Below the pieces are notes generated by a model that had not been told where the DNA came from, did not search any database, and worked only from the letters and a program-made list of their open reading frames with translations. The position numbers were made by a program, and so were the translations under genes. DNA of 63,992 nt, filler included, from Tortispora ganteri (Eukaryota), in assembly GCA_003707115.1 (NCBI GenBank). It is 8 parts of 8 records of this genome, joined end to end, with 100 filler letters (N's around TTAATTAATTAA, not from the genome) between each part and the next. Parts side by side here need not be neighbours in the genome. Positions count along the whole stretch, not along the records: positions 39,735 to 46,867 come from PPNB01000055.1; positions 46,968 to 53,995 come from PPNB01000056.1; positions 54,096 to 60,930 come from PPNB01000057.1; 5 more parts are not named here. One strand, written 5' to 3'. This document shows positions 44,611 through 56,829 of this stretch, one piece after another (within the stretch, counting starts at the first letter, position 1; every line of letters starts with the position of its first letter).

Positions 44611-46867
44611 CTGCTTCATCTGCATCAGTCTCGTCTGAATTATCATCTTCTGGGCCGGTGTCCTCTGGTTCAATGTCGTCAGAGTCGAAAGCTTCCGGAT
44701 CGGCGTCTTCTGATTCAAGTATGTCGAAAGACAGTGAATCAAAATCGATAACATCTGCTTCCTCTGCATCGGGGGCCTCCTATTCCAGTATGACCAATTC
44801 CGAATCTCCTTCAGAAAGTTTTCTTTCGAGTCGGACTAGCGAAGCTGTTTCCTCTGAAGCTGTTTCCTCTCCATCGATTAGTCAGGTGTCCAGAACGTCT
44901 AATACTGAATCTACTGGAGGAACATCTAATACTGAATCTACTGCAGGTGAGTCAACGAATCAGCAGTCGACGCCGACAAATCCTTCAGCAACCACACCGA
45001 CAACGGAAAACACTGAGACTACTACCAAATCGACAAAGACCACGACGAAAACTACAACTACTACTACTACTACAACGTCGGATCCAGACCCAGACCCAAA
45101 ACCAGATCCCTTCCCTCCATTCCCTCCAATTCCTCCGATCCCGCCTATTGTTCCGCCAATTCCTCCAATTCCGCCAATTGTTCCCGTTCCGGTTCCTCCA
45201 ATCCCATGGCCTACTAAAGGTCCAACTACACCTATTCCGCCGATTGTGGTCAACACTTCATCCAGCTTCTGTTCAAGTTATTCGAGACCGCCAAAAATCA
45301 GCAGCTCTAAAAGATCGTTTAATCCAAGTGATTGTATCAGCTCTTCGGTTAGTTCATTACGCAGTTCACTTTCCAGTGCACGGGCGTTCTCAACCAACTT
45401 TTCTAGGAGCGCTAACTCTTCGACATGGTCACAAAATTTGACGTCCATAACATCTAGTTGGAGTTTCAATAGCTCCACTATCTCGATGTTACCGAATAGC
45501 ACCGTTAGCTTAAATAGTTCGGCTATCTGGAACAGTTCAGCATCATTAATCGGTCCAAACAGCACAGTGTCTTGGAATAGCACGCTGTTTTCCTTTAGCT
45601 CTAACAATACATCATTCCGGAGCGGTTTAGTATCATCTACCTTATTGAATAGTTCAGTGATGTCTGTTGCATCAAACCGAACAGCTTCTTGGAACGTGTC
45701 AATGACTTCCTCTTCCTGGAACAGCTCAATTATCTCTTCTACTTGGAATAATTCAGTGACCAGTGCGTCTTGGAATAATTCTTTGACTTCAGCCTCTTGG
45801 AATAGTTCGATGACTTCTTTCACATGGAACCATTCGTTGACTTCGTTATCCTGGAATGTTTCAATATCTTCAATGTTACCTAATAGCACTGATTCGTGGA
45901 ATAGCACGGTAACTAGTTCACCTTCTATGAATTCTACCACCTCTATGTGGCCAAATAGCACTGGTTTGTGGAATAGTTCTGCCAGCGCATCGTGGAACAA
46001 TTCCATGACTTCAGTCTTTCCTAATAGCACTGCTTCATGGAACAGTTTTATGACTAGCGCTTCGTGGAACAGTTCCACGACTTCGATGTGGCCTAATAGT
46101 ACTGCTTCGTGGAATAGTTCGGCAATTAGTTCCTCTCTGATGAATTCATCGACATCTGCGTCATGGTTTAACTCAACGACCTCTGCGTCATGGTACAATT
46201 CCACGACTTCTATGTCGCCAAACAGTACTGCATCATGGATCAACTCGACGACTTCGATGTGGCCTAATAGTACTGCTTCGTGGAATAGCTCGGCAATTAG
46301 TTCCTCTCTGATGAATTCATCGACATCTGCATCATGGTTTAACTCAACGACCTCTGCGTCATGGTACAATTCGACTACTTCGATATTGCCAAACAGTACT
46401 GCATCATGGATCAACTCGACGACTTCGATGTGGCCTAATAGTACTGCTTCATGGTCAAACAGCACTGCTTCATGGATCAACTCCACAACTTCGATGAGGC
46501 CAAACAGCACTGCTTCCTGGTACAATTCGACTACTTCGATATTGCCAAACAGTACTGCATCATGGATCAACTCGACGACTTCGATGTGGCCCAATAGCAC
46601 CGCTTCATGGCCAAACAGCACTGCATCATGGATCAATTCGACGACTTCGATGTGGCCAAACAGCACCTCTTCATGGATGAATTCTACGACTTCGATGTGG
46701 CCAAACAGCACTGCTTCCTGGTACAATTCGACAACTTCTATGTGGCCTAATAGCACTGCTTCCTGGTACAACTCGACGACTTCGATGTGGCCCAATAGCA
46801 CCGCTTCATGGCCAAACAGCACTGCATCATGGATCAATTCGACGACTTCGATGTGGCCAAACAGCAC
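39735..46867 (+). CDS. Internal fragment of giant Ser-rich surface glycoprotein E1 (>2370 aa, both ends in gaps)
   Basis: Whole contig open in one frame: SGS(A/L/V/T)S array, Thr-rich segment, Pro-rich hinge, then Trp/N-sequon repeats. Confidence 0.85.
45890..46867 (+). repeat. 21/24/45-bp coding repeat WxNSTTSMWPNSTAS
   Basis: Trp every 7-8 residues, each followed by an N-S-T/S sequon. Confidence 0.9.
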
Positions 46868-46967
46868 NNNNNNNNNNNNNNNNNNNNNNNNNNNNNNNNN
46901 NNNNNNNNNNNTTAATTAATTAANNNNNNNNNNNNNNNNNNNNNNNNNNNNNNNNNNNNNNNNNNNN
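46868..46967. other. Assembly gap linker
   Basis: N44-TTAATTAATTAA-N44. Confidence 0.97.
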
Positions 46968-49900
46968 ATCAGCGTCTTCTGGCTCAGCTTCCTCTGGCTC
47001 TGCCTCGTCTGGCTCTACCTCGTCTGTAGTGTCATCGTCTGAATCAGCGTCGTCTAACTCAGCGTCGTCTAACTCAGCGTCGTCTAACTCAGCGTCATCC
47101 TCTGGCTCAGCGTCGTCTAACTCAGCGTCATCCTCTGGCTCAGCGTCGTCTAACTCAGCGTCATCTGGATCAGCGTCATCTGGTTCTGCGTCGTCTAACT
47201 CAGCGTCATCTGGATCAGCGTCATCTGACTCTGCGTCGTCTGGTTCTGCGTCGTCTGGCTCTGCGTCATCTGACTCTGCGTCATCTGGATCTACCTCGTC
47301 TGGCTCTACCTCGTCTGGATCTGCCTCGTCTGGATCTGCCTCGTCTGGCTCTACCTCGTCTGTACTGTCATCGTCTGGTTCTGCCTCGTCTGGTTCTGCC
47401 TCGTCTGGCTCTACCTCGTCTGGTTCTGCCTCGTCTGGTTCTGCCTCGTCTGGATCAGCGTCTTCTGGCTCTGCGTCGTCTGGATCGTTATCATCTGGCT
47501 CAGCGTCTTCTGTATCGTTGTCATCTGGATCGTTATCGTCTGGATCGTTGTCATCTGGATCGTTGTCATCTGGATCATTGTCATCTGGATCGTTGTCATC
47601 TGGATCATTGTCATCTGGATCGGTATCTTCTGGCTCAGCTTCATCTGGATCGGTATCTTCTGGCTCAGCTTCATCTGGATCGGTATCTTCTGGCTCAGCT
47701 TCATCTGGATCGGTATCTTCTGGCTCAGCTTCATCTGGATCGGTATCTTCTGGATCGTTATCGTCTGGATCGTTATCGTCTGGATCAGCCTCATCTGGAT
47801 CGTTGTCTTCTGGATCGTTGTCATCTGGATCGTTATCGTCTGGATCGTTGTCATCTGGATCGTTATCGTCTGTCTCAGCGTCATCTGGATCAGCGTCTTC
47901 TGGCTCAGCGTCGTCTGGATCGTTATCATCTGGCTCAGCGTCTTCTGTATCGTTGTCATCTGGATCGTTATCGTCTGGATCGGCATCGTCTGGATCGTTG
48001 TCATCTGGATCATTGTCATCTGGATCGTTATCGTCTGGATCGGCATCGTCTGGATCGTTATCATCTGGCTCAGCGTCGTCTGTCTCAGCGTCATCTGGTT
48101 CTGCCTCATCTGGATCGTTATCATCTGGCTCAGCGTCATCTGGATCGTTGTCTTCTGGATCAGCGTCATCTGAATCGTTATCGTCTGTCTCAGTTTCATC
48201 TGGCTCAGCTTCTTCTGGCTCAGTTTCATCTGTCTCAGCGTCATCTGGATCGTTATCATCTGGCTCAGCGTCGTCTGGATCGTTATCATCTGGCTCAGCG
48301 TCTTCTGGATCGTTATCATCTGGATCATTGTCATCTGGCTCAGCCTCGTCTGGATCGTTATCATCTGGATCAGCCTCATCTGGATCGTTGTCTTCTGGCT
48401 CAGTTTCATCTGGATCGTTATCATCTGGATCGTTATCATCTGGATCAGCGTCATCTGGATCGTTGTCTTCTGGCTCAGTTTCATCTGGATCGTTGTCTTC
48501 TGGCTCAGTTTCATCTGGATCGTTATCATCTGGATCAGCCTCATCTGGATCGTTGTCTTCTGGCTCAGTTTCATCTGGATCGTTATCGTCTGTCTCAGCG
48601 TCATCTGTCTCAGCGTCATCTGGATCAGCGTCGTCTGGATCGTTATCATCTGGCTCAGCTTCATCTGGATCGTTATCGTCTGGCTCAGCGTCGTCTGGCT
48701 CAGCGTCGTCTGGCTCATTGTCATCTGGATCGTTGTCGTCTGGCTCAGCCTCATCTGGCTCAGCCTCATCTGGCTCAGCTTCGTCTGGTTCAGCTTCGTC
48801 GTCATCTGGATCGTTGTCTTCTGTATCGGCATCGTCTGTCTCAGCGTCATCTGGCTCAGCGTCATCTGGATCAGCGTCTTCTGGATCTGTCTCATCTGGA
48901 TCGTTATCGTCTGTCTCAGCGTCATCTGGATCGTTATCGTCTGGATCGTTGTCATCTGAATCCTTGTCATCTGGATCGTTGTCTTCTGGCTCAGCATCAT
49001 CTGGCTCTGTCTCATCTGGTTCTGCCTCATCTGGATCGTTGTCTTCTGTCTCAGCGTCTTCTGTCTCAGCGTCTTCTGGCTCAGCTTCCTCTGGCTCTGC
49101 CTCGTCTGGCTCTACCTCGTCTGTAGTGTCATCGTCTGAATCAGCGTCGTCTAACTCAGCGTCGTCTAACTCAGCGTCGTCTAACTCAGCGTCGTCTGGC
49201 TCAGCGTCGTCTAATTCAGCGTCATCCTCTGGCTCTGCGTCATCTGGATCGTTGTCATCTGGCTCTGCGTCATCTGGATCGTTATCATCTGGATCGGTAT
49301 CGTCTGGATCGGCATCGTCTGGCTCAGCGTCGTCTGGCTCAGCGTCGTCTGGCTCTGCGTCGTCTGGATCGTTATCATCTGGCTCAGCGTCTTCTGGATC
49401 GTCGTCTTCTGGATCGTTGTCTTCTGGATCAGCGTCTTCTGGTTCAGCCTCATCTGGATCGTTGTCTTCTGGATCGTTGTCATCTGGATCATTGTCATCT
49501 GTCTCAGCGTCATCTGGATCGTTATCGTCTGGATCGTTGTCATCTGAATCCTTGTCATCTGGATCGTTGTCTTCTGGCTCGTTGTCTTCTGGCTCAGCCT
49601 CATCTGGTTCTGCCTCATCTGGATCGTTGTCTTCTGGCTCAGCTTCGTCTGGCTCAGCTTCGTCTGGCTCAGCTTCGTCTGGCTCAGCTTCGTCTGGCTC
49701 AGCTTCGTCTGGCTCAGCTTCGTCTGGCTCTGCCTCGTCTGGATCGTTATCGTCTGGATCGTTGTCATCTGAATCCTTGTCATCTGGATCGTTGTCTTCT
49801 GGCTCAGCATCATCTGGCTCTGTCTCATCTGGTTCTGCCTCATCTGGATCGTTGTCTTCTGTCTCAGCGTCTTCTGGATCAGCGTCTTCTGGCTCAGCTT

Positions 49901-51787
49901 CCTCTGGCTCTGCCTCGTCTGGCTCTACCTCGTCTGTAGTGTCATCGTCTGAATCAGCGTCGTCTAACTCAGCGTCGTCTAACTCAGCGTCGTCTAACTC
50001 AGCGTCGTCTAACTCAGCGTCGTCTGGCTCAGCGTCGTCTAATTCAGCGTCATCCTCTGGCTCTGCGTCATCTGGATCGTTGTCATCTGGCTCTGCGTCA
50101 TCTGGATCGTTATCATCTGGATCGGTATCGTCTGGATCGGCATCGTCTGGATCGTTATCATCTGGATCGTTATCGTCTGGATCGGCATCGTCTGGCTCAG
50201 CGTCGTCTGGCTCAGCGTCGTCTGGCTCTGCGTCGTCTGGATCGTTGTCATCTGGATCGTTGTCATCTGGATCGTTGTCATCTGGATCGTTGTCATCTGG
50301 ATCGCTGTCATCTGGATCGTTGTCATCTGGATCGTTGTCATCTGGATCGTTGTCGTCTGTCTCAGCGTCATCTGGATCGTTATCGTCTGTCTCAGTTTCA
50401 TCTGGCTCAGCTTCTTCTGGCTCAGTTTCGTCTGGATCGTTATCGTCTGGCTCAGCGTCTTCTGGATCGTTGTCATCTGGATCGTTGTCTTCTGGATCGT
50501 TGTCATCTGGATCGTTGTCATCTGGATCGTTGTCATCTGGATCATTGTCATCTGGATCGGTATCTTCTGGCTCAGCTTCATCTGGATCGGTATCTTCTGG
50601 CTCTGCCTCGTCTGGATCGTTATCATCTGGATCAGCCTCATCTGGATCGGTATCTTCTGGCTCAGTTTCATCTGGATCGGTATCTTCTGGCTCAGCTTCA
50701 TCTGAATCGGTATCTTCTGGCTCAGCTTCATCTGGATCGTTATCGTCTGGATCGTTGTCATCTGGATCAGCGTCTTCTGGCTCGTTGTCTTCTGGTTCAG
50801 CCTCATCTGGATCGATATCGTCTGGATCGTTGTCATCTGGATCTGTCTCATCTGGATCGTTATCGTCTGGATCATTGTCATCTGAATCCTTGTCATCTGG
50901 CTCAACGTCATCTGGCTCAGCCTCATCTGGATCGTTGTCTTCTGGATCAGCGTCATCTGGATCGTTATCGTCTGTCTCAGTTTCATCTGGCTCAGCTTCT
51001 TCTGGCTCAGTTTCGTCTGGATCGTTATCGTCTGGCTCAGCGTCTTCTGGCTCTGCCTCATCTGAATCCTTGTCATCTGGCTCAACGTCATCTGGCTCAA
51101 CGTCATCTGGCTCAGCGTCGTCTGGTTCAGCGTCGTCTGGTTCAGCGTCGTCTGGCTCAGCGTCGTCTGGATCGTTATCATCTGGCTCAGCGTCTTCTGT
51201 ATCGTTGTCTTCTGGTTCAGCCTCATCTGGATCGTTGTCTTCTGGATCGTTGTCGTCTGGATCGTTGTCATCTGGATCGTTATCGTCTGTCTCAGCGTCA
51301 TCTGGATCAGCGTCTTCTGGTTCTGCCTCATCTGGATCGTTATCATCTGGATCAGCCTCATCTGGATCGGTATCTTCTGGCTCAGTTTCATCTGGATCGT
51401 TATCGTCTGGATCGTTGTCATCTGGATCGTTATCGTCTGGATCGTTGTCATCTGGATCTGTCTCATCTGGATCGTTATCGTCTGGATCATTGTCATCTGA
51501 ATCCTTGTCATCTGGCTCAGCGTCGTCTGATTCTGCTTCGTCTGGATCGTTATCGTCTGGCTCGTTGTCTTCTGGCTCAGCCTCATCTGGTTCTGCCTCA
51601 TCTGGTTCTGCGTCATCTGGCTCAACGTCATCTGGCTCAACGTCATCTGGCTCAGCGTCATCTGGCTCAGCGTCATCTGGTTCTGCTTCATATGAGTCTG
51701 CCTCGTCTGAGTCTGCCTCGTCTGGATCTGCGTCATCTGGATTGGCATCATCTGGCTCAGCGTCCTCTGGCTCCGCCTCGTCTGGCA
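46968..51787 (+). repeat. 15-bp SGSAS minisatellite array (copy 2), about 4.8 kb
   Basis: Same units as E1 in a different order; the STSSVVSSSESASSNSASS block recurs near 47015, 49110 and 49925. Confidence 0.97.
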
Positions 51788-53995
51788 CTGCTTCATCTGC
51801 ATCAGTCTCGTCTGAAATATCATCTTCTGGGCCGGTGTCCTCTGGTTCAATGTCGTCAGAGTCGAAAGCTTCCGGATCGGCGTCTTCTGATTCAAGTATG
51901 TCGAAAGACAGTGAATCAAAATCAATAACATCTGCTTCCTCTGCATCGGGGGCCTCCTATTCCAGTGTGACCAATTCCGAATCTCCTTCAGAAAGTTTGC
52001 TTTCGAGTCGGACTAGCGAAGCTGTTTCCTCTGAAGCTGTTTCCTCTCCATCGATTAGTCAGGTGTCCAGAACGTCTAATACTGAATCTACTGGAGGAAC
52101 ATCTAATACTGAATCTACTGCAGGTGAGTCAACGAATCAGCAGTCGACGCCGACAAATCCTTCAGCAACCACACCGACAACGGAAAACACTGAGACTACT
52201 ACCAAATCGACAAAGACCACGACGAAAACTACAACTACAACAACTACTACTACTAAAACGTCGGATCCAGACCCAGACCCAGACCCAAAACCAGATCCCT
52301 TCCCTCCATTCCCTCCAATTCCTCCGATCCCGCCTATTGTTCCGCCAATTCCTCCAATTCCGCCAATTATTCCGGTTCCGGTTCCTCCAATCCCATGGCC
52401 CACAAAAGGTCCAACTACACCTATTCCGCCGATTGTGGTCAACACTTCATCCAGCTTCTGTTCAAGTTATTCGAGACCGCCAAAAATCAGCAGCTCTAAA
52501 AGATCGTTTAATCCAAGTGATTGTATCAGCTCTTCGGTTAGTTCATTACGCAGTTCACTTTCCAGTGCACGGGCGTTCTCAACCAACTTTTCTAGGAGCG
52601 CTAACTCTTCGACATGGTCACAAAATTTGACGTCCATAACATCTAGTTGGAGTTTCAATAGCTCCACTATCTCGATGTTACCGAATAGCACCGTTAGCTT
52701 AAATAGTTCGGCTATCTGGAACAGTTCAGCATCATTAATCGGTCCAAACAGCACAGTGTCTTGGAATAGCACGCTATTTTCCTTTAGCTCTAACAATACA
52801 TCATTCCGGAGCGGTTTAGTATCATCTACCTTATTGAATAGTTCAGTGATGTCTGTTGCATCAAACCGAACAGCTTCTTGGAACGTGTCAATGACTTCTT
52901 CTTCCTGGAACAGCTCAATTATCTCTTCTACTTGGAATAATTCAGTGACCAGTGCGTCTTGGAATAATTCTTTGACTTCAGCCTCTTGGAATAGTTCGAT
53001 GACTTCTTTCACATGGAACCATTCGTTGACTTCGTTATCCTGGAATGTTTCAATATCTTCAATGTTACCTAATAGCACTGATTCGTGGAATAGCACGGTA
53101 ACTAGTTCACCTTCTATGAATTCTACCACCTCTATGTGGCCAAATAGCACTGGTTTGTGGAATAGTTCTGCCAGCGCATCGTGGAACAATTCCATGACTT
53201 CAGTCTTTCCTAATAGCACTGCTTCATGGAACAGTTTTATGACTAGCGCTTCGTGGAACAGTTCCACGACTTCGATGTGGCCTAATAGTACTGCTTCGTG
53301 GAACAGTTCCACGACTTCGATGTGGCCTAATAGTACTGCTTCGTGGAACAGTTCCACGACTTCGATGTGGCCTAATAGTACTGCTTCGTGGAACAGTTCG
53401 GCAATTAGTTCCTCTCTGATGAATTCAACGACATCTGCGTCATGGTTTAACTCAACGACCTCTGCGTCATGGTACAATTCCACGACCTCTATGTCGCCAA
53501 ACAGTACTGCATCATGGATCAACTCGACGACTTCGATGTGGCCTAATAGTACTGCTTCGTGGAATAGCTCGGCAATTAGTTCCTCTCTGATGAATTCATC
53601 GACATCTGCATCATGGTTTAACTCAACGACCTCTGCGTCATGGTATAATTCGACTACTTCGATATTGCCAAACAGTACTGCATCATGGATCAACTCGACG
53701 ACTTCGATGTGGCCAAACAGCACCGCTTCATGGATGAATTCTACGACTTCGATGTGGCCAAACAGCACTGCTTCCTGGTACAATTCGACTACTTCTATGT
53801 GGCCAAACAGCACCGCTTCATGGATGAATTCTACGACTTCGATGTGGCCAAACAGCACTGCTTCATGGATCAACTCCACAACTTCGATGTGGCCAAACAG
53901 CACTGCTTCCTGGTACAACTCGACGACTTCTATGTGGCCTAATAGCACTGCTTCATGGCCAAACAGCACTGCTTCCTGGTACAATTCGACTACTT
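46969..53995 (+). CDS. Internal fragment of giant Ser-rich glycoprotein E2 (allele or paralogue of E1)
   Basis: Same architecture as E1. Unique core (about 51690-53270) is nearly identical to about 44515-46080. Confidence 0.85.
53085..53995 (+). repeat. WxNSTTSMWPNSTAS repeat (copy 2)
   Basis: As in E1, with different unit number and order. Confidence 0.9.
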
Positions 53996-54095
53996 NNNNN
54001 NNNNNNNNNNNNNNNNNNNNNNNNNNNNNNNNNNNNNNNTTAATTAATTAANNNNNNNNNNNNNNNNNNNNNNNNNNNNNNNNNNNNNNNNNNNN
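53996..54095. other. Assembly gap linker
   Basis: N44-TTAATTAATTAA-N44. Confidence 0.97.
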
Positions 54096-54096
54096 A

Positions 54097-54711
54097 TCGG
54101 AAGAAATAGCGCATGGCGAATATCGAGTGGTATCGGCATCACAAGTCTCAACCGGTTATTACGATAGCAAAACGATAGTTGCGAATAATCCTGGGACCAT
54201 CGATGGTGTTTTTGAAATGATGTTTTATATAAAACCTCGTCAAGATCTCTCGTCTATTATTCTTACTACATATGGCTCGAACATAAACATGGATGCGTAT
54301 CTTTATGTTGGATCAGGCGCAATGGACTGCAACAATATGGCTAGCATTGGCGCGAGCAGTGGTGGCTATAGTGGACATGCGACAGCCAGTACTGGTTCCT
54401 CGATGACGTTTGATTTTGCGGGTTTGACTAATATCTGGTACCCTGTGAGGATTGTTCTAGCCAACTCAGGATCACCTAGTTCTTTTATTTCTCAGATTTC
54501 GATTTCTGCTGCACAAAAACGGGAGTCCAGTTGGGCCGCACAGTTTCAGATAATGGGATCTAATAACATTAGCCCAGAGCCAATGTCTCCAGGTGTCTCC
54601 CGCCGAAATGAGATTTTATTGCAGGAAGAACTTGAAATGAAAGCTTCTCTCTCGTCTTGGTATACCTGCACCAATATCTCTACATTAGTCTCAGTCCCTA
54701 GCACCGCATAG
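54097..54711 (+). CDS. 3' fragment with PA14/GLEYA-like family domain (possibly the C-terminus of giant protein E)
   Basis: SEEIAHGEYR...FEMMFYI...DAYLYVGSGAMDC..MASIG...WYPVRIVLANSG...QKRE...SPEP; open from the gap to the stop at 54711. Confidence 0.75.
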   Translation, partial: SEEIAHGEYRVVSASQVSTGYYDSKTIVANNPGTIDGVFEMMFYIKPRQDLSSIILTTYGSNINMDAYLYVGSGAMDCNNMASIGASSGGYSGHATASTGSSMTFDFAGLTNIWYPVRIVLANSGSPSSFISQISISAAQKRESSWAAQFQIMGSNNISPEPMSPGVSRRNEILLQEELEMKASLSSWYTCTNISTLVSVPSTA

Positions 54712-55199
54712 TTCTTCTCAAATTCACTGTCGTCAGAATAGTATCTAATTGTCTAAGACATGGCTAAACTCTTAATATAGCCTTGTTCATAGCAACGTTA
54801 TATTTGCATAATAGTAATATATTTTATAATAAAAGCATTATGTTCTGTCTTTAGCTCAGATGTCATTTTCAGCATGGAACCGAGTTGCGTGCCTAGTTTA
54901 GGTACCATGTCTAGTACTATTCCTATCTCCAGTGCTTTTGCCAGTGTGCGCTCTGAGGTCTTATAGGAGGCTCTTACATGTGCATGTAAACTGTGACAAA
55001 TTTAATAGTTAGACAATGGAATGTGAACCTGGCTAGTTACAATCAGAATACAGTTAATGACGGCTAGTATCAGCTAGGTGAGGCTAATCCTAGTATATAT
55101 GTACCTCGTAAACTGCCATCTTGTCTTATGGTTGCTATGTGGTTTGTTAGACAATACAAGACAGACCGGCGCTTTAGTGTACTTTTATATATATACTTC

Positions 55200-56829
55200 T
55201 TCATTTATAGACATATTTATTGATGCATATTTGACTAAATGTAACTAAACAGGCGATCTTTTTCCGTGTTAATTGCCAAAACAAACCGATACTAAAAAAA
55301 GCATGCATCTGAAAAACCGCAAATGCGAGAGGAGATTAACCTTTGATTACATGGACGGGAGGAGACTAATGCGATAATCGCGATTGTAATGCGATTGGAA
55401 CACGTTAACAGTGCTAGCGGACCAATAAACCATTAAAGCAGAGACTAGTAGGTTATAGATTTTGTTGCCAAAACAAGTGGGCAGAATGCAGGATTGTAAT
55501 AAAGCACAGGAAGCTAGTGTATTCCAAAATAGGCAGTGAATAACACATGCTAAATACACATGCTAAATACCATCATAGTTGACAAAACGTGCAGTAAGGT
55601 TTTTTAATTAGGCCTCCTTGGTAGGATATAGCGCGCAACGAAGTCGATAAACCTTGTTATTGGCGTATCCCACAAAAAGAAAGTTGAGGATTTCATTAAC
55701 TCTTTATAGTCTCACAGTATGAAGACCATATAAGACGCGGATCTATGCAGGAGGATATGCTTATGATCGAAGAGGGGTACAGTGGCGTATCGAAAGCAGA
55801 AAACTGCAAAGCAGTGCAAATGCGTTACATGAAGAACAAGCAAGAACAACAAGTGCAACAGATTATCTCTTACAATCTTTTCTCTTAATGAAGTTCTGAG
55901 CTAAGTTTACCAATTGGCCAAGAAATGCATGCAGTGGTAATTTCCTTTAATCTCCGAACACCCGGGTATCAGTCAGGCTAGTTTACCGCGATTAGAATGC
56001 GAGTTATATAGAGTTGGTCTCCAAGACTGAAGAGACCAATAATGTAGAGTGTCTATAAAATAAGGGCGATTCTGTATAATCGGTAAAAAGTCACATTCAA
56101 CGCTTAGTCTCACCGATGAGTAATTATGTGATTGCGCGGTTTGCAGTTACTTAGAGATTTACAGCAAGATAGGACGTGGTTTTCAGAGCTATTGATAACA
56201 TACTTTAATATAAACAAGCGCTCCGATAGGACCGAAGAGAGCAGTATTTGTAAAATTAATTAATTACTGCAACCTCAAGCATGTCCTTTTTCAGATTAAA
56301 TGAATGATCTAAACCTTGAACGTGCATAAAACCTATATACTTTTTGAACAGAGCTTAGTTTGATCTTTACTCAGTTATGGAAAAAACTCCTCCTTACTTG
56401 CCAACGGCCGGTGCACATCATTGACTGATCAATGCCTTCCACGGCATAACAATCTACAATGGATTTACTTTTTTAGAATAAAACCAGTGTTTTAAGAATT
56501 TTACCAGTAAATAGTTAATGCTGCAAGACACTAGATGGTACATGCACGGCATTCGTTCTTGCCAGTTACATTGCAGCACATTGAGCGCACGAGTTTGAGG
56601 CTAAAGTCTTTCAGGCTCAATGCTCATAACTCTAAATATTGAGCCACCAATCAAGGTCAACTTTCAAATTAACCATTATGACTAGCTCCGGTGACTATGA
56701 GAATGTCAAAAATGTAAAGCCGAATAAGACAATGATAAGTTTTCACACATAAGCTAATAAGCTTATTATGGTTTTTGCTAGCAGTTATAATAAGGGTGAG
56801 GCGCAGATTTTTGACCCCAGTTGCTCGCC
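55200..56829 (+). repeat. Conserved intergenic cassette (copy 3, inverted relative to copies 1-2)
   Basis: For example 56221-56350 matches the reverse complement of about 11600-11725. Confidence 0.8.

Noticed and set aside
39683..51788. Huge acidic antisense ORFs (DDAEP/DDNDP repeats, 1642 and 1622 aa) and Q/M/T-rich ORFs
   Set aside because: Shadow frames of the 15-bp repeat. The acidic frame shares wobble positions with the sense frame and starts at GTG at the repeat edge; only the plus frame continues through unique, coherent sequence.
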